NCBI GenBank assembly: GCA_001655205.1
Contig: LPNZ01007964.1
Coordinates: 1-48,753 of the forward strand
Direction of reading: 5' to 3'
DNA: 48,753 nt
Source: Lenisia limosa
Lineage: Eukaryota; Protista; Breviatea
Each line of letters opens with the position of its first letter. The stretch's first letter is position 1. The notes under the pieces were generated by a model. That model searched no databases and was not told the DNA's origin. It saw nothing but the letters and a program-made list of their open reading frames with translations. Of this stretch, positions 13,101 through 24,606 are shown one piece after another. The position numbers and the translations under genes were made by a program.

Positions 13101-14101
13101 GCACAGGTCCGACAGACTCGATGGTAACATGCCTAAAGGGGTCATATTGGATCATATTCGCTCCATTTTGCAATGCTAACAAAAAACCTCAACCTACATC
13201 AAGAGTGTACATGTGGTCCAAAATGAACATCTTATCACACCATCGGCAGAGTTCTTTTTTGATTGAATTTTCCTCCTCTATTATCTTCAACGCCAGCCTG
13301 ATAAGTGAGTATAACTGTTAAAAATAATAATCATGACATCGTGACTGTGTTATCCCCCAAACAATCTGGTCTTCTCTACATTCTCTTTTTCCTTGGCAGA
13401 GATGACATCTAAGGCTATGAAATGAAATAAAGAAACAAAACCCTTCCTACCCATTTGATAAGAATGGTCCTCTCTTTTCTTCATTGCAGGAGTCGAGGTT
13501 TGCACTTTCCAGTCCCAATGATGGTCGGAAGGCTGAAACATGAGCCTCAAGCAACGTTCCAACCTTGGGTGTCTTTTGCTGCGGCGCATATGGAGCATCC
13601 CGCCTGACGGGTAAAGGGTCGGCAGAAAGAACCTGAACGTATTAGCAGTAACCATGACTATAGTTGGGTTGTTATGCCGACCTGTTTGGAGAGAGGTGTC
13701 ATTGCAGTTACGTCTTGGAGCCTTCTTGGTGGCATATTTTGAGGCCTACTCACTGAAGGAGCCTGGGGCTTGGCCTGGCGACTGAGCTTTGCCGGAGAGA
13801 TCACGTCCTGTTCGGAAGACCTCTTTAAACCCCACTTCTCCATGATCTCCGCATCATGGCTGCCAACATTGTTTTTTTCTTCCATTTGATTCAAACAAGC
13901 TTCTTTCTCGGGAAGAGGTGGGTTGCGAAGTTTATACGAGAGAGTTTCAGAATCGCTTTCCACTCTTTGTCCCTGTGGATAGTGTTGATTCGCGCTTGAT
14001 TGATGATCAGAAAAGTCCAAAACCGTTGGGACCAGATTGGAAGATTCACTAAATAAATAAGTGGAAATAGAATAGTAACTAACGCTGAACCTCTGCGCCA
14101 T
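10106..14101 (-). CDS. E3 ubiquitin ligase: RING1 + IBR fused to a MYCBP2/PHR-type RING-H2 + tandem-cysteine (RING-Cys-relay) module
   Basis: Spliced: CRWC..ACYHRVCRTC..CPFIDPKTKKEC (RING1); ECPSC..CPQCNSEFCMSCEAHPYHENRTC (IBR); CRFC..VCDSTEC..LPCGHWCCG; AEDFCNIC..IQLKCGHVIHWQC..RWP..FNFLNCPLC (RING-H2); [75 protein letters not shown]. The C-terminal half is co-linear with the MYCBP2 C-terminus. Confidence 0.9.
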
Positions 14102-14453
14102 TTTGCTCTTGGTTTACGTGGAGGAGGGTCCATAGATCATAGCAAGAAGGCGAAGGGGCGAAGGGAACAAAAAAATAGCAAAAAAGCAATAGAAGATCAT
14201 AGATCGTCTGCCTACCCACGTGTCGTGGCCCCATCACCAACAAGACAAGGCCAACAAACAACAAGGGAAAAAACGGACAAACGGACAAACACAGACAGCT
14301 TAAAAAACCCAGCTTCAGGAAAAATGTAACAGTACGCAGTTATTGTACGCTTCCCTTGCTGTCTGCTGCATGTGTTTTAGTATTACAAAGGATACATAGA
14401 ATATCAGGTAGCGTCTTTCACATTCAACAGTTCTTCCTTCAGTCTTCCTCAGA

Positions 14454-17400
14454 ATGGAGGTAGAATCCAGTGAGACCCACTCAGATTCTCTGCAAAATGA
14501 AGGTGGGGTTTTACATTTAAAGACACATTACTCAATTGAAGGAGGGGGCCCTGTCAAGAAAGCCAGCGAATTCAATCAGGATACCCACAAGTCTGTTCAA
14601 CCACTCTCAAATCAGGTATGCCTAATGATAGTAGTAGATATGTAAATGAATATGTTAATGATCTTGTTTTGTGTTACTCTCCAGTTTATCGGGTTTGCGC
14701 TTCCACCAAAGCCATCCACTCCAAAAAACCCATCTTTAAAGAACAAAGTCATCAATTTTTCAAAGTACACAAAAAACACTTTAAGTAAGGGCTTGTCTAT
14801 TTCAGAATACGTCTTACACTTTAGTTCCCCGGCTCTCTTTGCCTTCAGAATGCAATATTGTGGAAGAAAACAAAATGGATAAAGTTGAAAGTGACAATCA
14901 CGAAATAATAAAGGATGAAGAAGATATACAAGAAGAAGAACCTGATCTTAATGGGAGTGAAGTACTCTGCTCACCTTCTCCTAAGTCCCACAGGATCAAA
15001 TCCCAGCCGCGAGTTGTTCTGAAGCCGCTCGCTGTCCCACCATCCCTTCTTCCAGTTACCCAACCAAAGAGGCTGCGTAAGCGAACAAAACAGCCGCAGC
15101 CACCGTCACACCTGGGTATTCCGAGGGAAACAAGGGGACGAAGGAAGGACCTGTCAGAACTCTTTTCAGACAGTGACTCCATTGAGGACGACGGTGACGA
15201 AGATTTAATGATTGATCGGCCGAAATGTAACATTCCACACCAGTACGTTGACATCCAGGTACGTGGCGGTTTGTTTATCATTAGATCATCGATTTCACAC
15301 CCCGCAGGGTCCAAGCAGGTACAGAGAAGTTATGTCCTTTCTGTTTGGAAAGTCCAATTCACAGGTGCCTCTTTTGGACAAACCTTGTCAAAAAGGTGGG
15401 CTACTTTGGCCATCTTTTCTTACACATTAGGCAATCAGCAGAAAGTGCCGATTTTTGCAGCACATCTTAGGAGCCGGACAAAATCCCTTTCATTCGACCT
15501 CCCAATCCGGGCATATCCAACTGAAACGTAAGAACCATAAGGGGCTAAGTGGAGGGTGTGAATAGATACTTGAAAAGCACTAATGACTCAACAGGTACCC
15601 CTTCGTTTCCCTTGTTCCAGTTGTCAAGCCAACGGATAGGAAAGTTCCGAAATCTAGACTGTCTCCAATGATATCTGAAGGTGAATGGTGTCGCCACCCA
15701 ATGCCAAGTGTTACTGCAGACCATAAAGGAAGAGCTGAACCGAACTGGGATGAAATGACTGAAGCGAGGACTCGGCTTTATAAGGTGAGATCGCGGCCTG
15801 CTTACTAATGATGTTGTCAGGCCTGTGTCACGAAGGTCATTGACTTTGCTGCGGGGGTAGACTTCGGCTGGGCAACCCCAAAGGAATATATTCGACTGTA
15901 AGCTGTGTGGCCGTTTTTAAGCGCCATCTCAGTCTTATATTTCCTAACCTCTTAGAATTAACACATCACATAGCCTTTTGAACTCTGATAATTTGGTAAA
16001 GGGGATCAAGTGCAAGTGCCATTCAGACACTGCTACAAAACCGGGTCATTAATTCAATAAATCAACCTGTGTGCATCATTTTTATCAAAATATTCAGAAA
16101 AAACTTTACATACCTCCATAAACTCTTTTTTTTAAAAAAAAAAGCATTCCCCTCAATGTAATGCTTTAGGGCTCATCCCTTCTTCACTATGCTGCCCGTC
16201 ACTTGCCTCTCCCATTGTTTTGTGAAACCCTAACCCGGCAGCTACCTGTTGTTCCAAATGTGGGTCATAGATGGCAATCATGGAGTACTTACAAATATAG
16301 GCTCTTGGGCAAACCGCTTTTGATTGGGCTTCTACTGACGAGAAAAAAGCAGCATTAGTGGTGAGAAGGGAGTTTTCATTGTCATATTATCGTCATATTT
16401 GTCACCATAAATAGATTGTATACGGCCGGCCTGATGGTACACTTTCTGACTTCCCGGTGCTGATCCAAGGAGTACTCGAGTATGTCACTACATTGACTTT
16501 TGAATGTCTTGGTGTTAAGACTCCTCTCTTCATAATTGAATCTCAGTCGTCTTCTCTACCAGTTCTGTTGTCAGAGTAGCTATGTTGAACTTCCCAAGAA
16601 GTGGAACGAATCAACTCGCTCCGCGTTTCTTTCAAAGTAAGCTTGAAATAACAAGATCATCACATTCGGCATTCCTTCACTTCACAGTACAGATCACAAA
16701 TTAGTCCTTCACTCTTCAGGTATCGACCGGTGCACTTTCTGATTTCAGCGGACACCCGTAAAGAAGCTGTTTTGCCACCACCAGCCGCGCCTCTTTTGCT
16801 TCCGCCTCCCGACCCAAGGGACGAAATTCGAGCAACAATGGGGCTGCGCACACGCAAACGCTCACAGAAAGCAATGGCTATGCAAAATATCCAAGACAAG
16901 CCTCCTCCCTTAGTCGTTAAGAGGAAGGCCAAGAAAGCCAGCACCAAAAAGCCTGCTATTACAACAGTGAGCACCGAACCCGTGTCGCTCAATGAGGTGT
17001 TCCCGAATCCTCCTCAAGAATCGCCATCGTTACCACCTTTGTTGTCCCTTTCAACGCCTGTTACTTTGCCCCCAAGCATAACTTCAACCAAACCATTCCA
17101 GCCACCTGTCAAATTAAGCAACCCTCTACCAACTATTCCCGCACAAGCACCAGAGAACCAACAACCTGAACTTCAGCCCCCTCTAGACTCCACCACCCCA
17201 TTTGCCGTTCTAATCACCCCATTTAAGAGGAGCCGCAGCACTGCACGAAAAGTGTCGCACTCCACGCATCCCTCCTTCCTCCCACCTCTCCCAGTAGACT
17301 ACAAGCCAACCCTGGTTTCAACATACTACACCCCACCAAATGTTCCCAAACTGCCACATGGGTTTGTAATTGTCTATGTCGGCTCAAAACCTGCTGATTC

Positions 17401-19445
17401 TGAATTGCATCATAAACCGCCATCTCATAGTCACCGTCCCTCCACCGTGTCCGTTGTTGAGCCTGCTGTAGCTCAGATCAAAATGCTCAAGGAGAAGGCG
17501 AGGAAGCAAGCACTGATTGATGCTGCCAAGAGAGAATTGGCTGAAGAAGCTCGGATGGAAAAACGAAAGGCCAAAGAACAAAGAAGGCTGGAAAGAAGAG
17601 AAAAGGAAAAAAAGAGGGCAGCTCTGCGACTTGAACTCATTGAAAAAGCACGGAGAGAAGCCGAAAAAGCGGCAATGGAGTTGGCAAACAAAGAATACCG
17701 GAGCCCTGAGCCGACCCTCTCCTATGATGTTGATGTTGGTCTCACTTTAGATATGTCAGATGAAGTGAACGAAAAAGTGCCCAACACTCTGAAAGAAATA
17801 AAAGATACTAAGAATAAGTTCAAGCTCTCTTCTAGTTTCAAACCTATTCCCAAGGCTACTAAAATCGAGGTAAATGGATTTCCCTGACTTGAAAGTGTCG
17901 GTGTCATGTTTACTTTTTAGAGGAAACAGGAAGTCGTGAAAAAGTCAAAAGTGGCGTCCATCTCAAGTCGCCGTCGCCAACTTGCTGACAAACTGGCTAA
18001 ACCGACCCTCCCTTCCCATGAGTCTCATGAGCCCTACGACCCCCCTTTTGAGCCAGAAAGAACGGTTTGTTGCCCGAGGTTTGCTTTCATCTTCCAGTGG
18101 CCGGAACCCAAGACAGAAGAACCGCCTGTTGTCATTGGGCGTAACCCGTTCTACTTCCGTCCGCTCAAGTCCCTTTCTTTCGGCAAGCCGGTGGTTTGTG
18201 GCTATTTCATTTGTTTTCTTTTTATTATTATGTTTTTTTGCAAACAAAGGAGCCTATAACGCATATTTGACCTTTCTAGGTCCAAGAGCCTGAGGTGCTG
18301 ACTTCTAAACAACGCAAGTTTCTGAGTCTCCACTCGTCTGAAGAGATATCGCGGCCTGGTCCCATGCCAAATCAATACGTTGTGTTCCATGAAAAGCCTC
18401 TTAGGTTTGATTGATCTCAGCTGAATTCTTGGTTCTTGTTGTGACCTTTTCAGATTCATTCACAAAACGATTCAACAAATTGAGGCAGCTCTCACACGAA
18501 AACCCAAGTTGCAAACTCCAAAAAGGAAGGTTGAGAGAGCCAAGGCCAAAGTCCGAAAAGACCATCATCATCACCCATCCCGCCCGAATCCTTCCAAAAA
18601 AGTAATCCCCCCTGACGATGGTCTGGGACATTTCGAAGTGGGAGCGCCAATGTCATCTCCCGTTATCTCATCTCTCTTGGATTGTCTTCATGACTCCAAC
18701 GTCGAAAGTACTCCACAGGGCTTGGAGTTGACAGATATGAAGCAAGATGCAGAGAAGGAAGAAGAGAAGATAGAGCTTGATATCAAAGCGAAGGAGAAGA
18801 CAGGAGAGAAGAAAGAACCAGTTGAAAAAAAGACAGGTATTATTGAGGATAAGGAAGAACAGAAAGAGGAGACTGGTAAGACAATATTGGAAGAGAGGGA
18901 CACTGATGTGGATAAAGAGAAGGTAAAACCGAAGATCTTGGAGAGTAAAAAAGAAAAAGAAGAGAAGGTGTGTGAAGAAAAGTTAGAACAAAAGAATGTG
19001 GCGAATGAAGAGAAGAAAAAACATGAGAAGAGCAAAGAAGAGAAGGACAATGATGAGAGTAAGGAAAGCAAGAAACATGATAAGAGGAAAGAAAAGAAGA
19101 AGGAACATCAGAAGAAAGAGAAAAAACGAACTACTGAGCCTGGAGAAGCCCCACCCCTTGCCTCATCTTATCATGAGATGTCCAAGAAAAGGCATAAAAG
19201 TAGAAATCATCACTCTAGCGATAAACACAAACATGACTCAAGTTCGCGTAAAAGAAGCTCAAGTGATCGTCATCGAAGCCATCGCGACTATGATCTGGAG
19301 GGCTATGATCGCGATTCTAATTATCACAGATCCCACGAGAGAAGTCGCAAATATGAAAATCGTGGGATCATGGGTTATATTTATTGTCTGTTCTACAATA
19401 AGTGTGGCGTTCTAATCAATTTTAGGTAGTTCTTCTAGATGGTAA
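14454..19445 (+). CDS. Large protein with a short ankyrin-repeat region, Pro-rich linker, coiled coil and K/E-rich then R/S/H-rich C-terminus
   Basis: Exons GSSLLHYAARHLP (about 16170) and LGQTAFDWAS (about 16305) are ankyrin-type motifs. Long ORFs at 16730-17887 and 18509-19429 carry the low-complexity parts. Last micro-exon RSSSRW* ends at 19445. Confidence 0.6.
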
Positions 19446-19838
19446 CAAGTCGCTCTTTATCCATGATTTGATCTTGTTTTCTTTTTTTCAAGGTTTGAGA
19501 GTATTTATGTAATATATTATACAGAGTTACTATTATTATATGATATATAAATCATATTAGTGTATTATATAATACTTGTGTAATCGATGTGATGTGCATG
19601 TAGTGTTTTTGATGTAGTACTATATGATATACTGAAAGATATTATTTATTTCATATGATATATAGCTATGTATGATATGCTATTAAAAATTACAAAACTG
19701 ACATTTCAGATTCCGTTTCTTCAGTTATGTTTTTTGTTCACCTGTCATTATTTTTTTTACACTGTTTCTAGATCTTACTTATTTATTGATAGTTTCTTTC
19801 ATTACTAGAAGCAAATAAATAAAACAGGAAAAAAAAGC

Positions 19839-21074
19839 TCATGGTTCCTTATTTCGGTTGACTCTTTCTTCATGAGCCAGCGACACCAAAGCATTGAAAG
19901 GGGAGAAACTGGAAATGGGCTTGATTGTCTTGGAGGATAATTATACCAAGCTACTTCCTTACCTCATCTGAGGGTTTAGGCACAGAATTTTGACGTTTGG
20001 GGGAGATGGAGGGAGGGTTCATAGCAAGTAAGGTTTTAGGTCGCAAGTGGTGAGGAGATGCAGGGGGGGGCTGAAATATCATTTCATTACCATTCCATAC
20101 TGATTTCAACGGATCAACTCTTGTGCTTATTTTCTTGTCTTTTTTTCGCGGCCAAGAATCCTTAAGATTACACACAAAAGAGGTGTGACCAAACCATTTC
20201 GTCAGAGTCATCATCCTCATCTGAGAATGACCTCCTCTGAGGCTTTCTTCGCGTGACTATTTCTTCTGTCCGTCGACGATCTCCTGCAGGCAGTGTTGGC
20301 AGCATTCTATAGAGCCGTCAATTTCGCTGATGTCTACTCACTTTCCTTTTCCTGATTCTGCAATATGACGTTGCTCGTGTCGCTTTCTGTCACACTCCTG
20401 CTTGTTAAATCTGTCACCATTATAGCCCACCTGGAAAAAGCCTTGTGAGCATGTTGAACAAGGGTAGGGACGTTCATTTAAATGTCCTGCCAAAAGATGG
20501 TATTCCAAAGAGTTCACACGGTCATAAACCTAAGTCATCACAAAAGGAAAATGCAAAAATGCAAAAAAAAAAAAACTCAAACCTTAGTGCAGTTTTCTGC
20601 TCCACAAAACCATTGCCTAAGCCGCACATTAACATAAAAAACAATTTTTCGCCCAGAAGGTGCAAGAAAGTGGAACATTGGAAGCTCTAACTTGCTGTCG
20701 ATGTGCTTAGGGTATGAAGTTGGAGTTGAGAACTCTTTGCCGTCGAGCTGGTCATGATACTGCTGCTGAAGACTTTGGTGCTTAAAGAGTGTGGTTGGAT
20801 GCACTTCAACAGGCTGAAATTGCATTGATACATCACTGACTGAGGAATCGGGTAAAGAATCGGAGGCCGAGGGCGTTGATTCGGTCTTAGCAATCATTGC
20901 ATTAATCCGTTGGAAGGGGAGGGGGGAGTCGTTTACAGAACGCCATCCTTGCGAAGATGAAAACGTTGCTGTATAAGCTCCAGAAGCCGGAGGCGAAGGG
21001 TCAGTGGTGCTCGTTACAAACCGCAATGGACCACTAGCTTGTATCGTCGGAGCAACTGGTAACGGCTCTTCCAT
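19839..21074 (-). CDS. C2H2 zinc-finger protein with two fingers; likely transcription factor
   Basis: Spliced WFCGAENCTK|VYDRVNSLEYHLLAGH-LNERPY-PCSTCSQGFFQ|QECDRKRHEQRH gives two CxxC..HxxxH fingers joined by a TGEKPY-like linker. Confidence 0.75.
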
Positions 21075-21321
21075 TACATTGTCTAGCACAGGAAACTATC
21101 TTAATAAAGGTGTTTCTTTTCAAATCAAATATGCTAACTCTAATGTGAAACAATACGTAATTCCTCGAATCTATTTCTCCGAGGGCAACTTCAAATTACT
21201 TGAGAGAGTATAAACAAAACAACAACACCCCAGTCAATAAGCTGCAAAACAAAACAAATAATTATTTTTTTTGTAAAAAGAAATTTCACTAAAAGAGGAA
21301 GATAATATCACCAAAAAAGGT

Positions 21322-21395
21322 AGGTCAAACCGGGGTTCGAACCCGAGACCTTCAGCATGTTAGGCTGACGTGATAACCAACTACACCATTCGACC
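21322..21395 (-). tRNA. trnV-AAC: tRNA-Val (anticodon AAC), intronless
   Basis: Minus strand reads GGTCGAA TG GTGTAGTTGGTTATCACG TCAGC CT-AAC-AT GCTGA AGGTC TCGGG TTCGAAC CCCGG TTTGACC T. Full cloverleaf with A and B boxes, followed within a few nt by TTTTTT (Pol III terminator). Confidence 0.97.
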
Positions 21396-21461
21396 TTTAC
21401 GAAGGTATGTAATCTTAATTCTTTTCCGATCAAAGCTACTTATTTCATACCCAGGAATTAA

Positions 21462-21623
21462 TTACTATTTTGTCCTTTCAAAAATTATTACTTTATTTTT
21501 GTCTTTTCAAAAAAAATATTAATTATTCATCCTCACTAACACCTTCGTATTCTAACCTCAACCATAACCACCCTATAACCTCCAGTAAAAAAGAAAAGAA
21601 ATTAATTTGAAAGGACAAGAAAT
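21462..21623. repeat. Small inverted-repeat element enclosing degenerate (C)TAACC-like repeats
   Basis: ttgtcctttcaaa (21470-21482, with a degenerate tandem copy at about 21499-21511) is the reverse complement of tttgaaaggacaa (21606-21618). The interior has ctaac/ctaacc/cataacc/tataacc units. Confidence 0.5.
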
Positions 21624-22253
21624 GTATTATTCAGTACATGATAAAAAAGAAACATAGGAGAGCGGCGGCGGAGTGGACGGTGACGGAATGGTGTGTTCAC
21701 TTCTAGAGTGGTGCGTGCGGCTGGCGGACTTCTGGGCAGTGGGTAAGCAGACTAGCGGCGGGATGGTGACTTCTTTTGTGATGACGGGCGCGGCGGGTGA
21801 TCTGGGCACTTACAGTGCAAACCGTTTTACGGGGTTTCACCTATCAGATAATAATGCAATAATAATGTAACAGGGATGGTATTTAATTGTTGTAAATCGA
21901 AATTATTTGTATTACATCTACATTCTTGCAAAAAAATTAATTCCGCCAAGACTTCTCATCATGCCACCGCCTCAAAGCCTATTCTGTATTTCTGTTGACT
22001 TTGTTTTTTTGTTTTCTTTTTTGTTTTCTTTTTCACTGAATTAAATCAATTATAAATACTTTATTGTTCTTCAAAATGTCTTTTCAATTTTTTTTTTTTA
22101 ATTTAATATTGTCCGCCCCAGCACATGCATTTTTTTTAAAAATAAAATTCACTTTTTGTTTCTTCATTTTAGACTGTTTTAGAGTTTAGAGGAGTCAGAA
22201 GCAGTGTGTTACTTTACCCTACATCAATTTAGTCATTTAGATCTACCTTCAAA

Positions 22254-23209
22254 ATGGATCCTAAGAACATGTCAAACGAAGAGGTAGCGTAGTGCAGTTA
22301 TAACCCGTTCATATCACTCTAAATGTAAAAACTAACCGTTCTACATAGATTATGGGAAGAGTACGCAGCGAAATGGCTGTGAACAGTGCCCAGGAGCTCA
22401 TCTCCAGAATGACCCACTCTTGCTTCAAGATGTGCGTGCCTAGGTAAGCGCAATTGATAGAGAAAAACATCAAAGAAAGCAATTCCTCAAATCATTCACA
22501 TATGAAATCTGTTTTCCAGGCGCAGAACTTGTTGAATGCGCGATATCATTGATTTTATAACTAAATGTTTTATTTTTCTATTTTTATTCAATCAATTTTA
22601 ATAATGTGCTGCCTAAGGAGAAAACACTTTTCTTGTCGGTTCCGAAATGAACCTCTATTTATTGAACAACTTAACTTGTTAGCTTCTTCATTGCTATCGA
22701 AATCCAGTTGTCTGTACTCTTCTTTCTTCTTTCTCGCAAAAAAAATAAGTTACTTTCTTAATTGGTTGTTTTCTCTAAGTAATTATTGCCACCTTGATCT
22801 GGACTTTTGTCTTTTTCTTTGAATTAGTTGTTCCATTTACACAATCTTGCCTCTCACTCTTAAATGTGACTTAAGTCAAAGTTATTCACACGATCGCCAG
22901 TATTCGTGATCGATTTGTTTCACAAAGTATTTTATCCCCCCCNNNNNNNNNNNNNNNNNNNNNNNNNNNNNNNNNNNNNNNNNNNNNNNNNNNNNNNNNN
23001 NNNNNNNNNNGCCAAGTGCATGGACCGTTTCATGGAGAGCTGGAACCTCGTGGCTCAGAGTTATGCTGGACATATCCAGAGGGTTGGTGGCTTGAAGTTG
23101 TCTCTTTTGTTCTCTCTCCCTTATTTTGGACCATTCTAATTGTTCTTTTTTTGATGTATGTTATTTTTCCTCATTCTTTTAGCGCCAAGGAGCTTCTAAA
23201 CAAGAATAG
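22254..23209 (+). CDS. TIM13: Mitochondrial intermembrane-space small Tim chaperone Tim13
   Basis: MDPKNMSNEE|IMGRVRSEMAVNSAQELISRMTHSCFKMCVP|[gap]AKCMDRFMESWNLVAQSYAGHIQR|RQGASKQE*. First CX3C is intact; the second lies partly in the 22943-23010 gap. AQEL..RMT and CMDR.M..WN are typical of Tim13. Confidence 0.88.
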
Positions 23210-23599
23210 GCTTGTTTTGTAATTTTTAACATTATTGATTTTCTTGTAAATGTAATATGGCTTTGTTTCTTTCAGTAGAGGTCTTTGAATGGGATTAGGA
23301 TAATTGGGGGCAGGACCAACCCAGACGAAATAAAACTGTTTTTAGTGTGCCAAAAAGAGTTCTGTTGGATAGAAATATCTGAGCTTATTAGGATATGAGA
23401 GTCCCTGAACCAAACCTTATTAAATATTAAATAGCAATTACATTGGAATTAAAAATACAATAAAACAAGGAAACAATAATGCAAGATACAACCACTAAAA
23501 ATCAACACCCACTAAAACACAACCTATTTTTCTTTCTTTTTCTTTTTGTCAAAATCCTAACCCCACCACACAACCGATGCTATGAACCCAAGTCGAGAG

Positions 23600-24606
23600 G
23601 GAATGTCTCAATTTCCTCCACTCCACTTGCAGAGAGCACAGGTGATCTATGTTCGCACCTGGGGAGGGGGTTACTACTTCCGCGGAAAAAAAAAAACATC
23701 TCGCGCCGCGGCAAGACGAAGCAAAAAGCCCATAAAAACATGATTTATCTACAAACTCTTACTCCTCCTACCAGCGCTCATCACCTCTCAGTTTGCAATG
23801 GTGGCACGCCTGGTCGACACCTTTGGTGCATTTGAAGCAGGAATTGCTAAAAGGTTAGAATAGAACCAAAACAAGTGACATTGCCATAATTGTGCCAAAA
23901 TGACTGCCATACACGCAGAAACCCCTAGCAGTCCAGCAATGTAATCGTTTTCTAAATACAAAGCCCACCAGTGCCAGGTATTGACATCTTGACATTTGTG
24001 GCAAACTTCACTAAATTTGTTAGAGAATGATTGGTACCCGGGAGATCAGAGGACACCACCGGAAACTCACCAATGCCAGTAATCGTCGTATTTTAAGACT
24101 TTCTGCAGGCAGAAGGAGAAGAAGAAGAGCTCCTTACACTCGGGACATTTGTAAAACTCTTCAAAAAGCTGATTTGCAGGCACAAGCACATGAAGACACC
24201 TGAATATTGGTCAATTGGGGAAGGTAAGCTACTTCCAAGAATGGAAGAAAAAAAGCATCAAACGGTTGGAAACAATACCGGCTAATATTTAAAGAACAAT
24301 GTATAAATACCCACAAAAAGCATCCCTAGCTCACGGAAGAGTAATGCAGTGGTGAGGGTCAATTGATTCCAAAGAATGAGTTTGGAAATAGTGACATGAG
24401 CACGTAGACAGGTTATGGCACGGCACTTTGTTAATTTCGCGGCATCTTTGATGCGAATGGGACGTTTTCTTGCGTCGAGGACGTTGATTGACCTTCTCAA
24501 TTGACGTCTCAGCCTTCTTTATGTTCATTTCTTCGTCGTCAATAGTGTGATTACGGCGGTATTGAGGAAACATCGGCCAAGGATGATACTTTACGTCTTG
24601 AAGCAT
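23600..24606 (-). CDS. Small Cys/His-rich zinc-finger protein with WHCxxCxxC repeats; uncharacterised
   Basis: Spliced FYKCPECKELFFFSFCLQKVLKYDDYWHC|EVCHKCQDVNTWHC|NSCFKCTKGVDQACHHC. Stop is either at 23768 or, if GTAGGA is used as a donor, at 23600 (WCEHRSPVLSASGVEEIETFPLDLGS*). Confidence 0.65.

Noticed and set aside
18688-19415. S/F-rich minus ORF and K/R-rich alternative-frame ORF
   Set aside because: Frame and strand shadows of the low-complexity K/E-rich exon 18509-19429.
22500-22560. Cryptic poison exon in the long TIM13 intron (ttccag|gcgcagaacttgttga)
   Set aside because: An acceptor-like site with an early stop but no convincing downstream donor; such matches are expected by chance.
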